From: Podarcis liolepis
Taxonomy: Eukaryota
Length of the DNA stretch: 64,000 nt
Assembly: GCA_965112155.1 (NCBI GenBank)
Contig: OZ218106.1
Reading direction: 5' to 3' (one strand)
Each line of letters starts with the position of its first letter. Position 1 is the first letter of the stretch. The translations under genes and the position numbers were made by a program. This document shows positions 35,418 through 48,554 of this stretch, piece after piece. The notes beneath the pieces were generated by a model. The model ran no database searches and had not been told where the DNA came from. It was given only the letters and a program-made list of their open reading frames with translations.

Positions 35418-35888
35418 CAGTGGTACCTCAGGTTAAGTACCGTATTTTTTGCTCTATAAGACTCACTTTTCCCCTCCTAAAAAGTATGGGGAAATGTGTG
35501 TGCATCTTATGGAGCGAATGCAGGCTGCACAGCTATCCCAGAAGCCAGAACAGCAAGAGGGATTGCTGCTTTCACTGCGCAGTGATCCCTCTTGCTGTTC
35601 TGGCTTATGAGATTCAGAATATTTTTTTCCCTTGTTTTCCTCCTCCAAAAACTAGGTGCGTCTTGTGGTCTGGTGCGTCTTATAGAGCAAAAAATACGGT
35701 ACTTAATTCGTTCCGGAGGTCCGTTCTTAACCTGAAGCACCACTTTAGCTAATGGAGCCTCCTGCTGCCGCCGCACCGCTGAAACACGATTTCTGTTCTC
35801 ATCCTGAAGCAAAGTTCTTAACCCGAGGTACTATTTCTGGGTTAGCGGAGTCTGTAACCTGAAGCGTCTGTAACCTGAGGTACCACTG
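35418..35888. mobile_element. Tigger/pogo-like MITE (CAGTGGTACCTC termini) containing a nested MITE
   Basis: TIRs cagtggtacctcaggtta / taacctgaggtaccactg with TA TSD; interrupted at an internal TA by 35440-35699. Confidence 0.9.
35440..35699 (-). mobile_element. Tc1/mariner-type MITE nested in the 35418 element
   Basis: TIRs ccgtattttttgctctataagac / gtcttatagagcaaaaaatacgg; TA duplicated at 35438-39 and 35700-01. Confidence 0.92.
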
Positions 35889-36761
35889 TATGTCCCAGGA
35901 CCAGATATTTCAAAGGTCATCTCCTCCCATATGAGTCGTCTGGTGTGCTTGGGTAAATTTATGAGACCCTTCTCCAAGGGCCTCAGCCTTTGAAAACAAA
36001 GCTGAAAGCTATGAGAGGCAGGACCTCCTCAGTTGTGATATCCACTCTGGGGAACCTCTTCTATCAGGTGGAAAGTCAGCGACATTCACTGATGGCTTTT
36101 AAGTGTTTCGAAGAGGGCCTTTATTTATAGCTATTTCAAAGGCCCATACAATCTAATACTGCAATTGTTTTATTATTGTGTTTATAATGTTACTGCTTTA
36201 TGGTTTCGAATGATAGCTGCCTCTGAGGGCCTGATACATGCCAGACGTTGTGGTCCAGTACAAATGAAGTTTAAAACCCAAATTTCTGTATGTTTCCTTA
36301 TTTTACTCTAATAATAGTTTGTTTCATTGAAAAGCACGTTCCTAGATATTACCTGGTAATTGTGACTCACTGTCTCATTTATGGAATTGTCCTATGTAAT
36401 TATTTGCATTTTAGGGAAGATTATGTTGCTGCAATGATATGTTGGTCTGTTATGGTCCTTTGCTTCTGGTTTCGTGTGCAATATATTTCTCTTTAATAAT
36501 TGTAATAGTAATAATAAAGTTGTCATACTCAACATGTAATGGACCACTTCACATTGTTGGAACTGTTCTTTTATTACAACTGTTTGTAACTTTATGAGGC
36601 TTTAATAAATGTGATCCATTGCAATAATAAAGCTTTTGAACAGCTGCTACAACTCGCTGTTTCCTAACCCCAACCTTGAAAGATACTGTGACATTGATAA
36701 TTAAGACTCTTCAACAATAGAATTTCAGGCAATCAAATGTATTGCTACGGGTAGGATACCA

Positions 36762-36850
36762 TACAGCTAAGATAACCATAAGAATCAATTTTATATAAAT
36801 TTTATCTTACAGCTAAGATAACCATCAGAATCAATTTTATATAAATCTAT
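36762..36850. repeat. Local tandem duplication, period 46
   Basis: tacagctaagataaccat(a/c)agaatcaattttatataaat occurs at 36762 and 36808. Confidence 0.9.
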
Positions 36851-36974
36851 AAGTATTTGCTAGGATTTATGGCCCCACCAAAACAAATATGAAGTCCATT
36901 TGGTATGCAACATATTATAAACATAATGCTGCTAATGAAAAGGTTGTCCATTTTTTTTACATGATGCTGTAGTG

Positions 36975-37110
36975 CAGGCTTCCTCAACCTCGGCCCTCCA
37001 GATGTTTTGAGACTACAGTACCCATCATCCCTGACCACTGGTCCTGCTAGCTAGGGATCATGGGAGTTGTAGGCCAAAAACATCTGTAGGGCCAAGGTTG
37101 AGGAAGCCTG
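36975..37110. mobile_element. Palindromic hAT-type MITE (~135 bp family)
   Basis: TIRs caggcttcctcaacct / aggttgaggaagcctg; perfect 8-bp TSD ctgtagtg. Confidence 0.93.
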
Positions 37111-37538
37111 CTGTAGTGATTAATGTATCCTTTGACCTGATTCAGTGATATAGCATGCCTAGGAGCTCTTAAGGTTCCTGCTTGCAGCGATTTCCCATTC
37201 ATTTCAGTGGAGCAAATAGATCTTTTATTCTATTGAAATGAGCAAGACAACCATATGTATTGGAATATGGTTAAATGGTATGCATACGAACACCCCACAA
37301 GCAAATCAGGATGAATGCAGAACAAATGATCATTGTCATATAATGGCGCTGTAAGCAAATCAGAACAAATAATGCAGACGGGATATAATCTCGCCTCCAC
37401 ACTTTGGGCTGGCAAATCAAGATGGATGCTAATTAGCTATGTCCCCTGGGGGATCCCTCAATCCATTCAATACCAGCTTGTTCATTTGCCTTCATGCAAA
37501 TCCTCCTCACCTATGGCTACCAGACTAGTGCTTAAATA

Positions 37539-38010
37539 TCTTCTTCTTCTTCTTTGGCGATCACTCGTAGTTGAGTAAGATTGTCTTCCATAAACATGGT
37601 TTTAACAATGAGTCCGTAAGTGACTGTGGAGGCCAGTTCTGGATCCACACGTCCTTCCACAGTGGGGACATTGGTTTCTGGGTGGGAGTTGATGTGGTAG
37701 TGTGGATTTGCCAAGCATGCCTTCCTCTTAGCACATTTCTCCCCTGCGTCCTGAGTTCGGGTGTCTTCAAAGCCCATGACACCTTTGGTAAAGGTTGTTC
37801 TCCAACTGGAGCACTCACAGGCCAGTGTTTCCCAGCTGTCAGTGTTTATACTACATTTTTTAAGATTTGCCTTGAGACAGTCTTTAAATCTCTTTTGTTG
37901 ACCACCAACATTACTCTTTCCATTTTTAAGTTCGGAATAGAGTAGTTGCTTTGGAAGACGATCATCAGGCATCCGCACAACATAACCAGTCCAATGAAGT
38001 TGATGTTGAC
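37539..38010 (-). mobile_element. 5'-truncated RTE-clade LINE
   Basis: QHQLHWTGYVVRMPDDRLPKQLLYSELKNGKSNVGGQQKRFKDCLKANLK is an RTE ORF C-terminus; (GAA)n tail at 37539-37555. Confidence 0.92.
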
Positions 38011-40152
38011 TGTAAGGCTGCTTCAACACCATGTCCTGAGTGAGAATTTCTTTCCTGCTTTTGCTATATTTTGCTTCCTCTACAGAAATCACAGTTTGCA
38101 TTCCTAGTCCCAAAATGGCTGTATATGGATGTGGCAGAACACCCTCCACCAATTAGACAACATGGTGACTAGGTGTGCTGTTTCTAAGCCATCATCCCAG
38201 CCGTGTTGTGGCACAAATACAGACACTTGCACTTTTACAGTACTGCAGCAGGCCTCAAAAAGGAAGGAGAACCTCTTTGTTCCAGTTCTTAGTGGATGGC
38301 CAGCTGCACTGCTTTTGAGAAATATGAAATCTCTCGGAATGAATGGCTCAGTAAGAGGCGATGATTGAGTTCAACTATCTTGACTAGCCTTGTTTGTGGA
38401 TTATAATAATGTAATGCAGCTCAGTTCATATTTACTTACAAGTAAGGATCGCTGAGTTCAGTGGTGTTCATTTCTAAGTAAGCCCACACAGATTTGCAGT
38501 TTGAGAATTAATTACATTGCAGTAGTAGTTTGCATATGTGCGTGCTAAAATTGGCGTTGCAGGGTTGCACAAAGGAACGTTCGCATAGTTTCTAAACTCT
38601 AAGGGATGTGAAACAAAGGTTCATTTGCTTCATAAAAATGGTGTATATATAGAAAATATATGCTTATTTACTATTATACCAGTTATGGTGCTGTATACAT
38701 AACACCGTTTACCATCTGCTACTAGGAATATGGCACATTTTATCTGTGTCTGAAGGAAAACACAGATTTTTCCTTGTAGAATATGCTTTTTATGTCTTTG
38801 AAGTTTGGGTAAAGAAAAGTAGGCTACTTATTAAACATTGTTTGTTAAACATAACAGTAGGTAGGTTTCGAGACACAGCAAGAGGGACGGGAAAAAGGAC
38901 TCCTAGCATCGGAATTGTTGACAATATCTTAGATTCTTCTTTCCAAATAGCTCTTCATTTCCTGCTGGTCTGCTACATATCTATTCATTATGACTCATTT
39001 CCCAAACACTCTAGCTTTAAAATAGAAACTGAATTCTTATTTTTCTATGGAGAAAAATAGTGCATGATGATTACCCAGAAGGACCATTAGAAACAGGAAG
39101 ATGTAGCATATGACTGACACTGGGATGTGCTTGCATAGAAAACAGCCTCCCAGCCAAAACTAACAAACAAATATTAGTGTTTTGAATCAGTGACTTACCG
39201 TTTATATTTATTTTTGAGGAGGACCAGTAGGGCAACCATTGCTACTCTTTCTCTTCAGTTACATTTTAAAAAAAATATTGTATATTTATGTAATTTAAAT
39301 ATTGCCATTTGAGTATCAAGAGCAGCTGTGGAGCCAGGGACACATCTGTCAGGCTATTGCACCGATAACCATCTGGTGCTTGGTTCTGCTTGATTGAATT
39401 CCAGCTGGAGATTTAAAATTCATATCCACCCACGACAACTGAAATAGAAGGGGTACATATTATTCCACTGGAATCACCCCCACTGGGTTGTTTTTTTCAT
39501 TGAGAGGCATTTTAATGCGAACAGAAAGCGCATCTCTGCTTGGATGAATATTTTCACTTATAGTTGATAAACCAACAGGAATAAAAAGCGCAGTAATCAA
39601 AAATGCTCTAGAAATTTTTGCTGATGGGGGAAAATGACATCCATTTTGGTGACTTCTGTGTATTGGGAATGAATCTGAGATTAAGCATCAGCCAAAATGT
39701 ATTTTAAACTCAATGGCAATAAATCACAGTGAAACGAAAGCACCACAAAAACTGTAAAAACGATGACATGTACCAAAGCTATCCGTTTTCATAAAGGCTA
39801 ATGGCATCTATAGCTCAATTATATCCCAATAGTGAGATATAAGCCTGATTTGCACCCAAAAGCTACACATATATCTAGCTCCGAAGGCACCCTGAGTGGT
39901 GTACACCAACATGGGCATAGTAGCATCTTGTATGAGCTCATTGTACTACTGAAAGGGAGTGATTATGCTACTGTGCTGCTTCACAGGTTGGATATCATTG
40001 TACAACACTGGAAACTTATCTAAAACTTGGTGGGTTTGTCAAAGCCACTACGTGAAAAATATTTGCCTCTAGAAAAAGGATGCAGTGCATAGTGTTTGTT
40101 GGCTCTCTAGGAACTCGTTTTTTTCATTGAAGGACACTCCCATGGATCCAAC

Positions 40153-40507
40153 CACAGGAGCCAACTCCAGGGGGCCATGGGGGCTGGGCACCCACAAAGT
40201 CAATGGAAAAACCCGGCAGGCGGCAGTGGTGCTGCCCCCAAGGGGCAAGCAGTTCAGCTACACCTTCCACAGCCAGCCAGCGAGGCATCCTTTTCCGGGG
40301 GTGGTGGTGCTTGATATGGAGGCAGAGTCTCTCTGCCTCTGAGTCCAAGCCTCTCCCCCTGGAGAACGGTGCCTTGCTGACTGTGGAGAGGAGGAGGAAG
40401 AGGAGTCGCTGCTGGCCACCGCAACACGGATGTGTGACATCACACACCTGCATGTCTGCACTGAGGCGTTGGGCGCCCACAGTCCTGAGGACAAGATGAC
40501 TCCACTG
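40153..40507. mobile_element. GC-rich non-autonomous hAT-like element
   Basis: 8-bp TSD gatccaac (40145-40152, 40508-40515); degenerate TIRs cacaggagccaact / rc cagtggagtcatct. Confidence 0.65.
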
Positions 40508-40573
40508 GATCCAACCCATAGTATTTTGACCTGAAGGACAGCACATAATTCTTTGGTCTTTATTGAAGCAGAA

Positions 40574-40709
40574 GAGGCATAGGAAAACTCGGCCCTCCAG
40601 ATGTTTTGGGACTACAACTCCCATCATCCCTGACCACTGGTCCTGTTAGCTAGGGATGATGGAAGTTGTAGTCCCAAAACATCTGGAGGGCCAAGTTTGC
40701 CTATGCCTA
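40574..40709. mobile_element. Palindromic hAT-type MITE (~135 bp family)
   Basis: aggcataggaaaactcggccctccagatgttttggg ... cccaaaacatctggagggccaagtttgcctatgcct. Confidence 0.88.
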
Positions 40710-40800
40710 GCGTAGATGACCAAGAGCAGTTATCCAGGAAGGTTTGGGAGCTGGTACTCAGTAAAGGATAACCATAGGATCCTAGGTGAGTAATTAGTTC

Positions 40801-40804
<4 letters not shown>

Positions 40805-40876
<72 letters not shown>
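40805..40876. repeat. Compound (TA)n(TG)n microsatellite
   Basis: Read directly from the sequence. Confidence 0.95.
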
Positions 40877-40879
<3 letters not shown>

Positions 40880-41604
40880 TCCTAATATCCGGCTTCAGAT
40901 GCCTGGTTTGCTCCAATATAGGGATATATCTATCTATCTCCCTATATTGGAGAAAACCAGGCATCTGAAGACGGATATCAGGAATAGGAGAAGGACTAAG
41001 GTTGCAACCCTGTGCACACTTTCTTGGGAATAAGCCCACTGCACTCAGTGGAAATGACTGAAAATACAGCAGTCAGCAGGGCAAGGCAGGGCAGTGGCGC
41101 TTACCTGGCTTCCCACCACCAGTGTCACTTGGGCTTACTGGGAGGGCAAGGTCAGCAGCAAGGCTAGTGCAATGCAAAAACACTGTTGGGAGTGCTGGAT
41201 TGGCTCCACTGTTGCATTTCTACTGGACCAACCAAACCCCCTCCCTCACAGGGGTGCCAGTGATGGGAGATCACGTAAGTGGTGCTGCCTTATCCTGCTG
41301 ACCACTACTGCTCCTGAATGAATATCCTGAGAACTGTTGACATGAACTAGCCCTATTCAGATGGTCAATTTCCCCACACAATTAGAATTGCATAGGGAGT
41401 GCTGAGATATGTTGGTTAGCCACATATCCTTCTGTGGCATCCTATGACACTTCATACATTGGAGGGCTGATTTCCCAGAATGTGGTGAAAATTCACTATA
41501 ATGACTGTGGAGGATGTGACCATTTCTCAGCATTACTTGTAGATGAAATGGAAATGGGCTGAGTTTTTCCCCCTAATGTACCAACATTAGAATATGTGCT
41601 GTTT

Positions 41605-42293
41605 GCTGCAGCTAGTGCAGAATGCAATGGCTAGACTGATGGGGACAGACAGTTGACTGCATGTCACACCTCTGCTAAAACATCTGCACTGGCTGCCCAT
41701 ATGGTACCAGACCAGATTCAGTGTTCTTGCATTAATATGTAAAGTTCTGCACAACTTGGGTCCCTAAGGATCACCCAAGCCCTGAAATCCCAGCTCAATC
41801 ACTGCGATCACCCAGAAGAATGTTGTTGGCTGTCCCCCATGTCTCAGAAGCCTGAGATTTGGCAGGCGTCTTTGCTTCTAATTTTCAGACATCTCTCGAA
41901 GTCAGTGGCAAATGGTGTGATGCGGCTGTGCCACTCAGCTGACCTCTGTGTAGCTGAGTCATGGCTACACAGCCATGTGCTTGTCCCCCTCTCCAGGATG
42001 GAGAGGGGGACAAGCACAGCGACTGTGAGACGCATTTGCACCATATCAACCTTGCCACCTCTGCATCCCCCATCCCAATATTTTGCAGTGACTCAGTCAG
42101 ATTAGTGGCACAGCACAATCACACTGTCCAGTGCTGCTTAAAGACCCTTTTATGCCAACAGACCTTATTTGGTTGTTTGCATTTTAGTGATTCTTCTGTA
42201 TTGTTTCATTGTACCTGTATATATTGCTGTATGCTGCCATGAAATTTTGTAGGCACGGGCAGTTTATACATATATTTAGAAACAAATAAATAA
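41605..42293 (+). mobile_element. L2 3' fragment interrupted by a palindromic insertion (~41915-42124)
   Basis: LVQNAMARL...HVTPLLKHLHWLPI...LICKVLHNLG; L2-like 3' UTR/tail resumes ~42125 and ends aaataaataa. Confidence 0.7.
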
Positions 42294-42771
42294 GCCACAA
42301 TGTATTTATTTACAAAATGCACCAATACCGATATTTTAAGAATATCTAAGTGGTGTTTTATCAGGAGTTTTATCAAATCAAAGCATATAAGATAATAGTA
42401 AGAGCATATGAAAAACAATATAAAATATTACCTTGCTGTTTCATAAAACTGGCAGGAGGCGTACTTGGGATTACACTGCTGGGAAGGCTTGTCTAAATAA
42501 AAATGCCTTCAATTGAAGTTGAAACCAAGTAAGTATATAACTAAGAATATTAAATTTATTCATGTTGTAGCAAAATATAACATTTTGTTCAGCTCTATAT
42601 AAAATGAATTGGATTCCTATATATGCATGCACAACCACACACCAGGATACTATAGCATTAAAGGTACTGATTTAAAGTTCAAGGATCTTTATAAAACTTG
42701 CAATAATTTATAATAACATAATATGATATTTTATAATTTAATGAAATAATTTACATGAAATTGATTTGCTA

Positions 42772-42808
<37 letters not shown>

Positions 42809-43608
42809 TGTGTACCAAACTCATGGAAAGTTAGATGGCTGCTCATGCTTCTGAAGCTAGATTTCTGCTTTCCTAAATGTTATTAAACTGGTTGTGTAGA
42901 AAATTGTGCATCTTTTGATTCAAAAGCAACAGCGCTTCTGTTCCGAAGCAATTTTTGTACTTTATAACATTGTTTTTCCATTCAGCTTGACCCAGTGTCG
43001 GTTTGGAATGAACAGTTTGTCGAAATGTCTCCATTAGTGCAATATTACATTGGTGGATTGAGCCCCTACTGCAATTGTTAGGTGAACTTTTAATTCCTTG
43101 GTGGTCCTGATATATCTGCCCATTAATTATGATCAGGCTAGGCCTGTAGTACATTTTCAACTTTACAGTGGTTATTGATTTGTTCTTTTGGAAAAATCAA
43201 GGTTTAAAGCTACCTGTATAAGTGTTCTTTGTTAAAGTTGTACAGTTGCTGAGCATTCCATATTTCAATTTCCCAGAACATTTCCATCCCTCAATTGTGT
43301 AGAAGCAGTAATGCAAAGATGTATAGTGGCACAGTCCTCGGCACCTCCACTCTGCATCTGGTTAATTACACATATCAGAAGATCCTGAAAGCTGAAAGTG
43401 GCTCAAAATGTGCAAGCTCATGCAGCAAGAGAACACTTTCAATGCACCAACACAGCCATTTCCTGGAGCCGCAAATTCGTTTTGCCAAACATAATAGGAG
43501 GGAAGAAGTTCAATGCATGACCAAAGTAACAAAAAACAAACATCAACATATAAAAACACTGTATCCTAAGAAAACCCCATGTAACTGTTACAGATCTGAT
43601 GTAAAGTG

Positions 43609-43817
43609 CAGTGGTACCTCGGGTTACAGATGCTTCAGGTTACAGACTCCGCTCACCCATAAATAGCACCTTGGGTTAAGAACTTTGCTTCAGGATGAGA
43701 ACAGAAATTGCATGGCAGTAGAGCGCGGCAGCGGGAGGCCCCATTAGCTAAAGTGGTACCTCAGGTTAAGAACAGTTTCAGGTTAAGAACAGACCTCCAG
43801 AACCCGAGGTACCACTG
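43609..43817. mobile_element. Tigger/pogo-like MITE (same family as 35418, opposite orientation)
   Basis: TIRs cagtggtacctcgggtt / aacccgaggtaccactg. Confidence 0.88.
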
Positions 43818-45714
43818 TACCAGACATTTCAACTGCTATTCAGTAATGCAATGCTTTATCTTCATGGTAATTGAAAAGGCGGCTAAAAAATCACTGTCAT
43901 CCTAAGCATTCCATCTCCCTATCATAGAAATGGGGAAAGAAGGCCACCCTTTAGATTTCAGTAGCATTTTGTATTATATGAGATTAGACAAGGTTTGAAT
44001 GTGGTTCGCTATTTGTTAAAGAGCCACAGGTTCGTGGCAGGAGCAAGAAGCCATGGTGAGAATTAGCCTGGATATACAGATTTGAGTGATGACCTAAAAC
44101 TCAGCCATTTGCCCATGCGGCCCTTTGCTAGTCTTGGGGCAGCAGCAAATGCCTCATCTTGTCATCCTTTAAAGGGGGCCCTAATATATCTGTGGCAGAA
44201 GGTTAAGGAAAGGAGACAAAAATTGCCAAAGAGACTGGATTACTGTAAGAAATAGATGTAGCCTTTGAAGTTTGTGTTGTGCTTTGACAAATGGATGAGA
44301 CAGCCCATCTGATGTCATAATGACACCAGGCAGTTGACAGGTTGGTTGCTGTGCCCATCAGTTAAAGTTAGCCCGATGGGTGGAAACAGGTAATGAACAG
44401 GCCTGCTGGGCCAAAATGTTTTTCCGACCCTTTTTCAACTGGGAAAGGGGGAAACTGAGCATTGCTGGGGTTCTTTAGAGTGGGTTTATTGAGATAGGAG
44501 TTGCATTCCTGATGTTCAAAACTGGCAGCTGAATTTGGACTAAAGGCTGAATGGTATATTCTAGCTATGAGAGACAGTAAAGATGGAAGGAGAAGGGGAA
44601 CTGACAGCCTGCAATGCAGAGCAGCCTTACAGATACATCAAATCATCATGGCATCTGGACAACAGTTTGGCACAGTGCAGGACTCTGATTTAAAGTATCG
44701 CTACATTGCATTGGAAGGGCTATAGGATTATATAAACTTATACCATAAAATAAAAGTAAATTTGATGAAGGAAAATAAATCATTTTTTCTAAATATCCTC
44801 ACCTTGTTTCAAGCTCTCATCCCAAACCATAAGACCTGTGGCTTGCACTTGACAACATGTTGGATGTCTGTCATTAATATTGTCCTTCCTGTCTGAGATA
44901 AAGCTCTTGGTTTGGGGCTCCAGGTCCCAGGAAGTGCTCCATGAGGTCCAAAGCATGGTGCACAGCTTTAGATATCTTTTGAGATATTTCTTTGTTTGTT
45001 CACCAAAAATAGGCATCGTGGATGGTGCATGCAAGTGATAGTAACAAGCAATCCCTATAGCTTGTTTTCCTTTTCAGCCTGATCTATATTTATTGAACTG
45101 CATTGATCTCGTTCATACATTTCACTAGCCTTATAAGTCTGTGAAAGAAATGAGGCAGAAAATCCTGTTAAATAGATGATACTTAATGGGGTGATCAAAG
45201 CACCTCAGAATTTAGCAGTTTTCTTTTCTGCACAGGTGTTCATTGCTGTTTCATCCAGCTGAAGCAAGATTTGAACGAGACTTGATGATTCGATTTGCAT
45301 GAAGTCATTTGACTGCTGTTTTCCTCCCCCATGTAGAAACGAGCCTCTTCTTAAAACTGGAATGCTGAGAAGAATGAGCAACAGTTACCTCATCAGCTAT
45401 TGTCCAGACTGTGTGTTGTCACAATCCTAATTGATTTCTAGAAGGTCTCAAGGCAGCACTTTCATGCCACAACAAAAATAAGCACACATGCACTGCAACC
45501 CCATGTGTTTAAAGCAGAATAACTTATACAGAGCATTTGCAAAGCTATAACTAGTCCATTCCTCTCTGTGAGCAGCAACCATACTTTCTGTCTGTGCGAC
45601 ATCATTGTTGAAGCATGGCTCTATGGAATAGATTTTCTCAAAATGCTGTGTTTTTTCTAGAGATGACTGGCATACTTCTGTATTACTAGTAGCTTCTCTG
45701 TTTTTAAAAGACCC

Positions 45715-46680
45715 CCTCCTAGATCAGGCCAAAGCCAAACAGGTACTTACAGAAAGCCCACAAGCAGGACATGAGGCCAATAACCCTTTCCTGCTGTTGT
45801 TCCCTATCAAATGGCACTCAGAGGTATGCAATCTCTGATCCTATAGGTAGTATGCAGCCATCATGACTAGTGGCCATTGGCAGCCTTGTCCTCCATGAAT
45901 TTCTCTGATTGTCCTTTAAACCCATCTAACTTAGTGGCCACCAGCACCATGTCTTGTGTTAGTGAATTCCATCGTTTATCTGTGTGTTGTGTGAAGAAGC
46001 GATTCCTTTTGTCTGTCTCGAATCTCCTTCATTCAGCTTTATTGAATCGCTCCACAAATATTATGAGAGAGGGAGAAGAACAAACCAAGACACCATATCT
46101 CATAAGAAAAAGCTGGATAGATATGGATTTTGGCTAATGTCCTGTGTATATCATGCCCCCAAACACTGACTGGAAGGTGCAGGATGTAGTATGGGAGTAT
46201 GTAGACCGTTTTATTTGGTGTTCTCTGTACTTTCCACAACATGGTTTGTGAGATGCAGTGACCAAAACTTTATAAGTATGTCAGTTGTGCTACACTATAG
46301 ATTTGTATAAATATATTATGATATTGGCAGTTTTATTTTCAATTCCTTTCCTAATGATCCTTAGCATTGAATTTCACCTGTTCACAGCTGCTGCACACTG
46401 GCTTGACATTTTCATTGAGTTATCCACTATGAGCCAAAGATTCCTTTTCCTGCTCAGATACCACCAGTGTATATGTGAAGTTAAGATTCTTCTTATTATT
46501 TTTGCCTCGATGTGCATCACTTTACATTTGTCATTTTAATGCCCTTTCACCCAGTTTGGGGAGATCCTTTTGGAACTGCTCACAATCCCTGTTTTTGTTT
46601 TTACCATTCAGAATAATCTCAATGCTTACCCCTAACTCCAGATCATTTATGAACAAGCTCAAAAGCACAGACACAATATA
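45715..46680 (-). mobile_element. Degraded CR1 3' portion
   Basis: Reverse-complement CR1 motifs: tcctccatgaatt, gaattccat...tgtgtgaagaag, atattggcagttttattttcaattcctttcctaatgatcc, tccagatcatttatgaacaag. Confidence 0.82.
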
Positions 46681-47599
46681 GGTCCTATTTTCCTGTTATT
46701 GGTCCAGGGAGCAGGAGTGTATTTATGACAGAAATCAACAGCTTCATGGGTGATAAAGTTGGCTGCACACATATAAGTGGGTCTCATACACACATGTAAT
46801 TGGGCTTTGTGTGAGAGAAAAATGAGTCTTCAAATGTTGAATAGCTTTCCTTTGCAAAACAATTTTATTTTGCTTGTGAATGAAACTGGCGATTTTACCA
46901 CACCTTGATTAAAGTGTAGAAAAATATATTGTGTTGCCAGATAAAAAAATCTATGTCCCTGCCCATAAACAGTTAGCATATGACCATTCGCGTTTAAAAA
47001 CCAGCTTTTTTGGTTTCAACAAATCTCTATTTTTTTACCCTTTGCTCTATGAGTTTGTGTGAGAGAGAGATAGACAGACAGAGAGAGTGAGCACATTTGT
47101 GATTTCCCTTAGGGAGATTGATTAAGAATTGATAACGTCCTGCTGACATTGCTGTCTAGACTTGATTGGGTAATTTAGTTGCTGCTATCTTTTGTTGTAT
47201 ACAATTGTGGGTAATGAAGCCTTCGTTGCAGGCTTCTTAGAATCTCAAATTGCTGTATATTTGACTTAGCATTGTGGACAAAACAGATCAGAAGGAAAAG
47301 ATATAGACAGCACAATTGAAAAGTTGGCACAGATATTAGAAATGATCCTTTAACATTATTTCACTACAGATTCAATAGGGGCATCTGGTTGCGCTTTATC
47401 TTGTGCAGACTAGCTTGTGAGGCCTCAAAATTACATCAGTTGTGGAAAAGATGAACCTCGGTGCTTAATAATTTTGTTAACATGGTACCTGAAGGTTTTT
47501 CTGTTCTTTCTTCTTGTTTTTGCCTTTTCCGTATCTCAGTGAAATGCGGGATTCTGTATCTGTGTTGAATACAGGGGCAAACTTTAATTGAGGGCTTTT

Positions 47600-47900
47600 C
47601 TTTGGGGATCATGTGCATTCGAGGAGAAAAACTCCTATTATCAGCTTAGAGATATAGCAAGTTTGAGACTTTCATCTTGCAGAGATACCAAAATGTTAAT
47701 TTGTGCTTTTGTGACACCAGGTTTGGATTACTGTAATTCTCTGCTTGCAGGTCTCGTTCAGCCCTCTCTTCAGAAAACAATAACATCTGAAATAATTCCA
47801 CCACTGTGATTTTAAACATGCACAATAGCTGGTCATCATATGGTTCAGCACTGAGATTGCTGCACTGGCTACCAATTAGATACCAGATCGATTTTAAGAC
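47600..47900 (+). mobile_element. Old L2 ORF2 fragment
   Basis: AFVTPGLDYCNSLLAGL ... LHWLPIRYQIDFK. Confidence 0.75.
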
Positions 47901-48500
47901 CCGGGGGGATGCGTTTTAAAACTCCACATGTATCCAAATGAGTTTTTGGTTCCCTATTGCCAAGCCCAATTTTTACTCAAGTGTGTAAAATGGTGGGCTT
48001 TTCATTTGTTCAGAGCTATGATTATAAATCTCTGCACTGCTTAGCTTTCCCCTGCAGCTGTGGGATGCCCTTTGCCAGCAGAGATTCAGAATGTCAGGGC
48101 TGTCATTGACTCGAGGTCAGGGCTAAAGCAGGTCATTGTTTAACTTTGCTTTTGCTCGCTAGCCGATCAAGCTGTGTCAGGATATATTTAATGTAATATT
48201 GTATCACTCCTCTTTGGGGGGGGGGGAAGGCGTGTGTGAGCATGTGCTTTGGAACCTTTCCAATGCCATAGCCCACTGCTCCCTTAGAAAGGATTTGCAA
48301 GTCACTTTTCTGCATTTTGTGGGATGTTGGAGCAATATGGCGCTGTATGCAAACAGACCTATTTATAAGAACAGCTCATACCTAATAAGAACAGCTGCTA
48401 ACATGTTGGGCATGCAAGGAGAAGATATATAACTCGTGGGAAAAGCCAGACAGGTGTGCATTACAGAGCAATAGTTATCAAGGTGAGAGGAACTCAAAGA

Positions 48501-48502
<2 letters not shown>

Positions 48503-48554
<52 letters not shown>

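Noticed and set aside
37532-38152. 206-aa ORF as a possible gene
   Set aside because: It is the truncated 3' end of an RTE LINE fused to flanking sequence, with no RT core.
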